In this document: positions 54,758 to 64,000 of the stretch, one piece after another
Position numbering within the stretch: position 1 is the stretch's first letter
How the letters are laid out: the number at the start of each line of letters is the position of its first letter
Assembly (NCBI GenBank): GCA_965112155.1
Contig: OZ218098.1
From: Podarcis liolepis
Taxonomy: Eukaryota
Direction: 5' to 3' (one strand)
Length of the DNA stretch: 64,000 bases
The notes under the pieces: model-generated
Seen by the model: only the letters and a program-made list of their open reading frames with translations
Database searches by the model: none
Told to the model about the DNA's origin: nothing
Made by a program: the position numbers and the translations under genes

Positions 54758-55164
54758 GAAGAGGTAGCTCACAGAAACATGTAGAGCAACAAATTTGTTG
54801 TGGGTTCGAACCCCACATGGGGTAAAAAGATTCCTGCATGGCAGGGGGTTGAACTAGATGACCCTTGTGGGGTCTGTGAAATCCTTCCCCATTTTATCTT
54901 CATAATCTTGGGTCACCCACTACACCAGCTTTTTCTAACCTTAAACCCTCCAGGTGTCTTGAACTCCTCCCACTGCATGCAAAAAGTCCCACGTTTAATG
55001 TCTAGCAACTACAGGTAGGGCCATGGAAGACTCCTGCCTGAAACCCTGAAGTGATCACCACTGCAGTGACCCAATGGTTCAAAGCAGCTTCCCACATGCC
55101 CATCCCTCAGCCCGACCTGCTTCACAGTTGTTATGAAGACAAAATGGGGATGGAAAGGAACCGG

Positions 55165-55370
55165 TATTGTGTAGTGGTTTGCTGGTCTTAAACCAGGATG
55201 GGGAGGGGCAAGATCCAGGTTCAAATTCCTGCTCCGGCCACAAAGCTCACCAGGTGAGCTTGAGCCAGTTACTTCCCCTGCAGCCTCACCTGCCTCACAG
55301 GGCTGTTGTGAGGATACCATGGGGGGGGGGAGAGAAGAGAACCAAGCAGGCTGCCTGGAACTCACTGTGG
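55165..55370 (+). mobile_element. tRNA-derived squamate SINE
   Basis: A-box-like TGTAGTGGTT, B-box-like GGTTCAAATTCC, and core CCTCACAGGGCTGTTGTGAGGATA. Confidence 0.6.
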
Positions 55371-55837
55371 GAAAAGCAGAATATAGGCTGTAATGAGTAA
55401 GAAAAGACACGTAGGTTCGGACCTCCTTGAATAATGGGATATAAATAGCCAGTTTGAGTCCCCTTCAGGTGAAACAGTGGGTATGAATAAACATGATAAA
55501 TAAAAATAATAGGAGAAATGAAACGGAAGAATTAGGTTGGAAAGCAGAGGCCTCAGTTTGAAACAAATACAAGCAGCAATAACCTCACCCAAAGTTTCCT
55601 TGGAAGTAAGGCTCGCTGTGCTGAACAGGGCTTACTCCCGAGTAAATGTACTTAGGACGCACCACCGACTTTGGTCGCATAGTTGTCAACTTTTCTCTTT
55701 TCTTGCGAGGAATCCTATTCGGAATAAGGGAATTTCCCTTAAAAAAGGGGAAAAGTTGACAGCCATGCTGGTGTCTCTGAGGGGAAACCCCCGCCATACT
55801 TTCCCTCGCCTCCAATCTCCGCCACAGCCCCCATTAC

Positions 55838-55999
55838 CCGGCTTTCGTGGGGCGGAGATACACCCCCGGCCTCAGGCCCTCCGCCGCGAGGGGAATCCCC
55901 GGGGGAAGAGGAGGAAAAACGGCCGCAACATGCGCGTGAAGTCACCACCGCCGTCGCCGGGCGGCTGAGGGAAACTCGGCTCTTCACAGCCGCCGCCAT
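55838..55999 (-). CDS. COA8: Cytochrome c oxidase assembly factor 8 (APOPT1) exon 1 (MAAAVKSRVSLSRPATAVVTSRACCGRF...HESR), resembles a mitochondrial targeting peptide
   Basis: ATG in AAGATGG context; Arg/Ser/Ala-rich N-terminus; best phase-0 donor is CGG|GTAATG (weaker alternative ends at 55862). Confidence 0.75.
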
Positions 56000-56289
56000 C
56001 TTTCGGCGCACGACCGACGCATGCGCACGTCGACCCCTTCCACCCGGTCGCCGGGCAGATAACCGGCGCGCGCAAGGTCCGCTCCAACCCTCGATAACAG
56101 GCAACGGTCGACTTCTGCCGTTCCGCTTTACGGCAGGGCGTCGCGAACGCCGAACGTCGCGATCCCTCTCCAGCCTCAACAAATAGCCGTAGGGCGGGGA
56201 AGGCGGAGAGAGAGAGAAAAAAGGACGAGGGCGCATGCGCGCACGCGCCAAGAGAGGCTCAGGTTAGTCCCCGCCTCAGGTTAAGGCAG

Positions 56290-56499
56290 GCTAAGCTGAG
56301 GGAAAGGAGGAGGAGGAGGAGAAGAGTGTGAGGCGACGGTGGGTTGACCGGCGGAGTCCGGAGACGGCGGGGCTGAAAGGAGCCTGGTAGCTGTGGCATG
56401 GCCGGCGTGGCACGGCTGGCGCAGAGGGAACGAGGCCGGAGTCGCCTCACTGCGCCTCCCCGGCGCCCCTGAAGGAGAGGCGATGCGCTGACCAGAAAG
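56290..56499 (+). other. BAG5: BAG5 non-coding first exon (5' edge approximate)
   Basis: Donor AAG|GTGAGG at 56500 in the CpG island; acceptor TTATTTCTAG at 58950 ahead of the CDS. Confidence 0.6.
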
Positions 56500-58978
56500 G
56501 TGAGGGGCCGGGTGGGCGAGGGGCTAAGAGGCCTGTTGTTGTTTATTATGAGTATCCCCTGAGGAAGGCAGAACAAGGCGAAGCTAAAATAAAAATGGAG
56601 CCCCCCCCAGCAACCTCACGCCCTTGGTTGCGGGTTCAGAGAGACTCGTGACAAGTGGTCGTGGGAACCCGGTGCGAGGCACTCGGTGTTGCAGCGTAGC
56701 GGCTGGTAGGTTCTTGCTCCGCTTGCGTGTTGAGGGAGAGATAATTCACCAGAAGATGGGAAGCCATAGTAGTGGGGGCTGGAATAGGGAGGCGAGTAAG
56801 TGCGGGCTTTAAAACGGCTACGTGTGAGTGGTAAGTGAGAGGGAGATATTGCAGCCAGGGTGGCAGGAGAAGGGCTTTCACCTGATAAGAAAGAGGGGCA
56901 GGGCTCGTGCCACCTTCATGCTCACAACAACCCGTGTCTACTGGAAGTTGTCATTATTTATTAAACTTCTATACCACTGGGCGGTTTGCAAAAAAAACAC
57001 ACACACCAACGTGCATAGTAACAAGTTGCTCCAGTTGGTGAGGAGAATAGTAATCCTTACCTCTCGCTTTCGCACATTGGCTTCCTTCCAGACGTAGACG
57101 CTGCTGCGTAGGGTTGTAGATCTCATATTGCCTGGTTTAAAAACAAATAAAAAGTGAAAAGTTCCAGGCCTGGTCCTATTGGGGCAACTTGGGAAGGGCC
57201 CGACCTGGGTAGGGGAGGGTCTCGGGACGCAGAGCGGCCGTGGCGCGCCTCTTTTGCTCACCCGGTAATTTCACCCTTTTGCCAAAGCGGATTATACGCA
57301 GGAGAGGTTGGTCGGTAGGCGCAATGGTTTGATCCGAGGGAACGATCGCTTTGGGCAGGTGGGAAGAGGCCGACCCTACCTACTTGCGGGGACGGGCAGA
57401 GGAGTTGTTGTTGTTGTTGTTGTTTAGGGGGATTCAGAGCTGCCTGGGCCACGTTGCGCGGATTGGAAACCGCGGCGTGGGCATCATGGCACGCGCGGGC
57501 GCATTTGGACACCGGTTGTAGGATTGCGTGGCGGGGAGAGGAGGTGGGGAGCAGCTGGGTGGCGTCTCTGTAGCGGGGGCAAGGCATAGTAGGGCTGGGC
57601 GAGTGGCTACACCCTGTAGGGGAGAGGGAATCCCCCTGTGGGGCGGGAAAGGGAGCTTATGGATTTTAAAGTTGTTGGGAGAGGGAGATGCCAGCCTAGG
57701 CCTGGCAAAACGCGGCGAGGGGAATTTTCCTTCCTTTCTCTCCCCCCCCCTTCCTCCATCGAGCTCCTTCTGGCTGCTGAAGCTGCTTCCCGTTTTCCTG
57801 GCGCCAAGCTCCGGCTTTGAGCCGCTCCCGGAGAAGCGACTCGGCTGCCCCAGGCGGAATTAGAGTGTCCGGCATTGTGAAGTCACTGGGGACCGAGGGC
57901 GGCGAGGGAGGCTGCCCGCGAGCTCCGCCTGGGGGGAAGCGGCCCGAGCTCGGGGCTGATTCCCGGCTTCCTTCCTGCAGGAATGTAGGGTTGATATAGG
58001 GGGCGGGGGATCAAGCTCTGTGCACGGGGACTCGCTTCCCCCAAGGGGCTTCTCGCTGGGGTGAGAACGGGGCGGGCGCCGCTGGCTTTGTGTGTATGTG
58101 GGGTGGTGGGTGGGGCAGGGAAGGGGAGCTCCCGGGTGGGAGGGCGGCGGCAGCAAGAGGCAGATGAACTGGAGACAAGGCCATATAGGCAGGGAGGGAA
58201 TTGGGAAGATCCCAAGGAGGTATTCAGATGTTGCCTGGCCAAAGGTCTGCTTGCTGTGGTTTGAAATGTTGAGAGGGCACAGCTGCCTTATTGCTGGGGG
58301 CGTTGGAGACAGGAAAGTGAAAGTGTAGTACTGACTGTACTGCCTATATTATCATGTATCTCATTACTAGCCTGACCAGGGCAAGTGAAGATGAGCGGTA
58401 TCTTCTTTTCCTTGTTTAGCTGCTGCCTTTTTCTGGCACCAGAAGAGTAATGTTTGGGAAGCAGATGGCACTATCATCTTTCATTTTCTTCCTCAGTGCA
58501 TCAGCTACTTTGTTCTGCCTCGCCTGTGATGTCTAATGACAAAGGAAAGAAAACCCTCTTCTTGGTGTGCATATGATTGGGGGGGGGGGGCAGGAGAGGC
58601 TCATGAAACATACTGTTTGCTGCTTTAGTTAAAATGCACAGGATCAAGCCGTTAGTGTGTGACAGTAAACAAAATTCTAGGAGATACCCTTTTAAAATAT
58701 TTTTTTGAAAAGATCCAGAGATGTCATGCTTTTTAAACTGTCATTTCATGAAACTCAATGGGACATACATAGGGTAAGTCCTCTTTTGTTTGTGGACAGG
58801 TATTTCCAAGACTAGATGTTGGTAAAAAGTGAAATGTTAGGTCTTTGTAGAATTAGAGCAGAAAAGTTGAATTTTCAAAATATTGACTAACAAGCAGACA
58901 TGTATTTCAAGCATCAGTTATATCTGATTGTATATTTGCATTATTTCTAGCTCTGTTGGAACTGGATGAAGAAAAAGT

Positions 58979-60331
58979 ATGGATATGGGTAACCAACATC
59001 CTTCCATTAAGAGGCTACAAGAAATACAGAAAGAAGTCAAAGAGTTTGAGTCACAAGTAATATCCTTCAGTGGTCTGTCTAGTGACAGAGCTTACAAGAA
59101 ACTAGAGAGAGTTTTGACTAAACAACTTTTTGAAATCGATTCTGTGGATGCTGAAGGCAGAGGTGATGTTCAGCAAGCCAGGAAGAGGGCTGCCCAGGAA
59201 ACTGAAAGACTGCTTAAGGAACTGGAGCAGAATGCAAACCACCCCCAAAGGTTGGAGATTGAATCCCTGTTTAATGAAGCACAATCATTGGTGGAACAAG
59301 AAATCACAGCTTTTTACAAAGGAGGCAATTGTGTAACTGAGGAATTTGAAGAAGGTATTCAAGATATCATCTTTAGGCTCACTCAGGTGAAAACTGGAGG
59401 GAAACTCTCTCTACGGAAAGCCAGGTATCGCACTCTGACCAAAGTGTGTGCTGTTCAAGAAATTATAGACAGTTGTACAAAGCAGCAGCCTTCACTGCCA
59501 TTGTCCAGTGATGCACATCCTTCTGTCTCTAAGATTAATTCTGTCATGGTTGATGTGAACAAAGCGAAAGGGACCCTTATTGCTGTTTTAATGGGAGTAA
59601 ATAACAATGAGACCTGTAGACATTTATCTTGCGTGCTCACTGGCCTGATTGCTGATCTGGATGCCTTAGATGTATGTGGCCGTCCAGAAATAAGGAACTA
59701 CCGTAAAGAAGTTGTGGAGGAGATCAATAAATTGCAGAAATACCTGGATCTTGAAGAAGAAGCTGATGCCACTTCTGCTTATGACTTGGCACAAAACAGG
59801 TGCATTATAAAAATTGAGGAAATCCGCAAAAAGATGAAAGAGATTCATGCTTCTCTTTTAAAAGTAGAGAGAGCTTCAGATTTATACCTGAAGTCAAAAG
59901 CAGAACTGCAAGGGTTAATTGCACAGTTGGATGAAGTGAGTCCAGGCAAAAATCCTTGTATCCGAGAAGCCAGGAGGAGAGCAGTGATAGAAGTACAAAC
60001 CCTCATAACATATATTGACTTAAAGGAGGCACTTGTCAAGCGACAAATGTTTGCAGAGCAAACAGAAGCAGAACCCGCATCACATAAAGCTGTTTGGAAT
60101 ATTCTTGGAAACGTGTCCCAAATTCAGCAAGAGGTGCTGTCTTTCGATGGAAACAGAACTGATAAGAACTACATGAGACTAGAGGAGCTCCTCACCAAAC
60201 AACTTCTAGCACTTGATGCTATAGACCCACAAGGGGATGAGCACTCAAAAGCAGCCAGGAAGCAGGCAGTGAAGCTTGCGCAGAATATTCTTTACTACTT
60301 AGACATGAAAACAGATGAATGGGAATATTAA
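58979..60331 (+). CDS. BAG5: BAG family molecular chaperone regulator 5 (tandem BAG domains), 450 aa, single coding exon
   Basis: Intact [13 protein letters not shown]...[10 protein letters not shown] with repeated BAG motifs ([11 protein letters not shown]...RKRA; [12 protein letters not shown]...RKQAV). Confidence 0.98.
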   Translation: MDMGNQHPSIKRLQEIQKEVKEFESQVISFSGLSSDRAYKKLERVLTKQLFEIDSVDAEGRGDVQQARKRAAQETERLLKELEQNANHPQRLEIESLFNEAQSLVEQEITAFYKGGNCVTEEFEEGIQDIIFRLTQVKTGGKLSLRKARYRTLTKVCAVQEIIDSCTKQQPSLPLSSDAHPSVSKINSVMVDVNKAKGTLIAVLMGVNNNETCRHLSCVLTGLIADLDALDVCGRPEIRNYRKEVVEEINKLQKYLDLEEEADATSAYDLAQNRCIIKIEEIRKKMKEIHASLLKVERASDLYLKSKAELQGLIAQLDEVSPGKNPCIREARRRAVIEVQTLITYIDLKEALVKRQMFAEQTEAEPASHKAVWNILGNVSQIQQEVLSFDGNRTDKNYMRLEELLTKQLLALDAIDPQGDEHSKAARKQAVKLAQNILYYLDMKTDEWEY

Positions 60332-61068
60332 ATAACAGAGGTCTTGTGCTGGACATTGCTTTCTCTCTTGCACTTTACGTCGACCAATCTCCCATAGACG
60401 ACACAAGACCAAAAGTATATTTGCTCATCACTTACAGGCCACGTAAATGTTGGACTGAGCTATGCTGCAGCTGTCTTGTGTTGTCGCAGTCGGGCAATGA
60501 CAGCAATCATGCCATTTGTGTTAGTTTTGGTCACAGCCATCTTTCCCCCATGATTTGTGATGAAGTGTTGCAGAACTGCCAAACCATCCTGTATAGAATT
60601 CTTCTACACAGTGAGAGAATGCTATCTGTCCAACATGTTTTGTTTAAGGAGTCAAAGTGAAACTGATGGAGAGAAGACAAAGAGCTAATGTCTGTTAGCC
60701 ATAAACCACCTTAGATGTCACATTTTTCTGCCACTGCCCAGTTACAATCCAAAGGATTAAATGCAAATTGGTCATGGCCTTTTTTGTATGTGCATTTGAT
60801 TTAGTCTCGCTGATCTCTTGCCTAAGGTTTGGCTTGATTACATACAGTGTTTAATAGTTAGGGCCTAATATAGGACTGTGTGTAGTAACAGTTTTTGCAC
60901 TTAGGCATAAACTGCAGGCTGCATTTTGAAGCAATGTACTGATTCATATAGGCGTAGGTTGTTTGCAGTTACACTATGACTAGTCATTCTGAAAGCAGTT
61001 TTCTGTTTTTAAACCAGGGCTGACAGCATTGGCTGAAAAAAATTCTATATGTATGTTGTTGAAAAACC

Positions 61069-61074
61069 AATAAA
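61069..61074 (+). terminator. BAG5: Candidate BAG5 polyadenylation signal AATAAA (others at 61754 and about 63728)
   Basis: AATAAA hexamers in a U-rich 3' UTR. Confidence 0.4.
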
Positions 61075-64000
61075 ATATAGCTTTTGAAGAATTAAGCTGA
61101 ATTCTTCAATAGTCAAGAGACACCTCCCTTCACCCCTCCCCCCAAAAACCTGGACTCTTAACGTTTGTAGAACTACTTTAGCCAAATTTTGTGATGTCTA
61201 AAATAACTTGCTTCCTGACACACTGGGCAGCTTCTAAATGACTCCTTTGCATTTTTCTGGTTTGAATGATATTATTACAGCTTTTGGCATGATAAAAAAT
61301 GAAGTAAGTGCTTTTACACATGAATTTGGCCGGAAACCATTAGTGTTCGTCACAGTTTCATGTGTTGCTGATACGCTCCAAATCCTTCTGGACTTAGTTC
61401 CTTTCAGTTATTTTGGTGAGCTATGATAGTATCCTTAGCTATGTGTGATGGCAAGATGTTTGTACTTATATGCCTTAGATGTGTGTGGTCTGCTATACTT
61501 ATATAGTTTTGAATCTTTCAGGCAGTTGGAATGGCAAACACTTCGAAGTGTTTCTATTTTTGATTGAAGCATAGTTGTCTATTGTGTTAGCTGTATTGAT
61601 TTAGTTGCATGTATTGTTATCATTTGGTAATTGCTGCTGTGTGTTTCTTTCTCCTCCGCCCCCGCCCCATTAACCCAATGGATTCCCTGAATCCTTAGAG
61701 GAGCCTTACAACTTAGTAACTGTCAGATCTTTTTATGTCTGACCATATTCCTAAATAAACTGAACTCATGTTCAGTGTAGATTGTATGCTATCCTGTTAG
61801 TAGTTTTGGGAAGACGAAACCAGCATCAATCAAAGTATTTGTAGAGTGCATTCTTAGTGGCATGCAGAAATCAGCAGTAGATAGAAATAAGTTGTAAAAG
61901 AAGTAACCAGAGTTTCTCAGATAGCTCCTGTAAACAAAATTGCTGACTTACGGAAGATTATTTCTTTGAAATGGCTTATAAATGTAGATCTTGGATTTGT
62001 AAATAGAGTTTCAATATGCAATTAAAAGAAGCAAGGCTATCCTTAGGAGACGTGCCTTTTTAAGCGACACTTGAATTTACAGCACCTTATAGCTATGACT
62101 AGCTGGCTTCATGCTGCTTCCCAGTGAAGTAGTCTACCCTTTAGACTGCTTCTACCCTTCAGCTCTAATATGGATAAAAAATATTCCTCCACATTTGCAG
62201 GACAAGAAGCTTGTTCAAAGCTTGGTGTTACCTCTTTGTGTTTATAGGCACTTGCTTAGCAAATTTTTGTCAAGGAAATTTATGGATTCAGTTTCAGTCT
62301 AGGTTAAATAGAACCCAATGCTAAACAATAGACTTGTTGGATCCTTCGCCATGAATGTCTTTCCTTTGCCCTTTTCTGCTTTTTTCCAGTTTGAGTCCTT
62401 AATGAATTGGTTAGCATCTATAACTAAAAGTAGTTCACTTTCAGTAAGTTCTTTTAGCCATAAAGGTTTTGAACCCAAGTGGTGTGCATATAGAGTTCCC
62501 ATGTGCCTTGGATTCCCCAAGTCACTTTATTTTCAAAACATGCATGTTTCCCCTATTCCCCTTTGCATACACTGCTGCCCTGACTTCAAATTCATTGATG
62601 AAGCTATTGTTTATATGAGAACTTCAGATGTACAGAACTCATTGTTTAAGGAGCTCCTAGATTCGGCTTCAGATGGAATGTTTACTTCAAGAGGTGACAA
62701 CTAAACAATGCTTATTAATGTTTCAGTAACAGATTCATGGTACTTATTTTTTCCTAGTGATTTCATCTTTCATTATTATTTTTTTTGTAAACATACTTAA
62801 ATGTTCATATATTACCTGCCAGGGGAATGCTGCTCTTTAACTATAGACTCCCATTATTTATTCCCATTCCTAAGATTTGCTTCTCATAGTTATGTAGCAT
62901 GTCATAGGTGCTGATTTAACAGAAAATCATATGATGAAGACATATTCCAAAAGCTCAACGCCCCTGGTTTTCTTTTTAAAGAAGAATGCCTATTTCATGA
63001 GTTTCAATGTACAGCATTTAAACTTATGTTAAGATCTTTGGTACAGTATAATTAATCAGTTTATGCATGAATTAAAATAGTGAACTAAACAAGCTAAACC
63101 AAAAAGTCTGTTAATGTGGATTGTAAGAAATCCTTGTTTTGTGCTTTGAAGAATGTACTTTTTGTATTCAATATGCAACCAGGCTGGGAAATATGCTTCT
63201 TTCCATTTCAGTGGGCTAAAGATGTTTCCTGCTTTTGAATTACTCAGTACTGGACCAGCTCAGTCTGCATTTTTAAAAGAATTAAAATCTTTTCTGTATG
63301 GAGTGCCATGACATTGTAGCAAAATAAGCATAGTGATGTGATTTTGCTGAATCTTTAAACATCATGATACTATTTTTTTTCCAGATTATGATTGTATTGC
63401 TTTAGGAAAAGGGTTGATCCAAGCAGCCTTGTTCTGATATATTTGCCAGCAACCATGATCAGTTAATCTTTCATCTGATCTGTTGACTTTAACTCTTCTT
63501 TTGCTGTGATCAACAAACTCTTGAAATGAGTCCCTGCACTTACGCGGCTTCTAGGTCCCAGCACTTGGTGGTACAGATTGTGCTTTTGTTCCTCATTTTT
63601 TCTTAAAATTTAATTGACATGTTAGACTTTGTATAAATACAATACTGCTTTTCAGAAAGTGTATTGACTTCATTTTTATGTACAGTATAGAATTGTTTTG
63701 GTGTGTACAAATTCATCAGATATTCCTAATAAAGCATTTTTATGCTTTTCTTCTTGATAATTCATTTCAAGATCAAACTCTTTTCCTTCTTTTGATAATG
63801 GACTTTCCATATAACAGTGAAAGAATGACACTTTTCTTCTGTACTTAGCAAACTGGTCTAGGTGTATGTTTAAAATGAAGATTTGCCTTCCCCACCTTTT
63901 GATAAAGAATGGAAATGTAACATCACTAACAGCGGCGTATAATAGAACACCACAGCTTAGTGAAAACATTTAGGCACCTTATCTTTAGGCTCTGGTTAGC

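Larger units (their letters stand above)
55780..56530. promoter_or_regulatory. Bidirectional CpG-island promoter shared by COA8 (-) and BAG5 (+); NRF1 sites at 56018-56027 and 56231-56240, YY1 at 55993-56002
   Basis: Head-to-head genes about 300 bp apart; GCGCATGCGC palindrome and CCGCCATCTT read directly. Confidence 0.85.

Noticed and set aside
62100-64000. Short ORFs (62299-62520, 62318-62704, 63676-63969) as TRMT61A exons or a new gene
   Set aside because: No methyltransferase or other recognisable motifs, frequent stops and no consistent splice structure; more likely BAG5 distal 3' UTR or intergenic DNA. TRMT61A is expected by synteny beyond the window.

Overview
Vertebrate genomic DNA, most likely a squamate (lacertid-type) lizard, judged from Sauria-type SINEs, BovB/RTE, L2 and CR1 repeats. 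The window holds the KLC1-COA8(APOPT1)-BAG5 block. KLC1 (kinesin light chain 1, minus strand) has a non-coding first exon at about 33.9 kb, 12 core coding exons at 20492-9667 and several alternative C-terminal exons at 5.7 kb, 4.1 kb and possibly 1.5 and 0.8 kb. COA8 (minus strand) has 5 exons at 55999-50469, about 206 aa. BAG5 (plus strand) has a single coding exon at 58979-60331, 450 aa, and lies head-to-head with COA8 on a shared CpG-island promoter. Notable observations: (1) a ~2.4 kb decayed DNA-transposon coding fossil in KLC1 intron 1 with transposase plus XPG-like nuclease motifs, resembling the Academ superfamily and almost invisible in the ORF track; (2) COA8 exon 4 and KLC1 exon 2 have matching splice phase, allowing an in-frame COA8-KLC1 read-through fusion; (3) a GC-AG intron in KLC1; (4) candidate unannotated KLC1 tail exons; (5) stacked uORFs in the BAG5 leader; (6) nested transposon insertions with intact target-site duplications (TSDs). 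All boundaries were read by eye, family names rest on recalled motifs, and no database searches were run.
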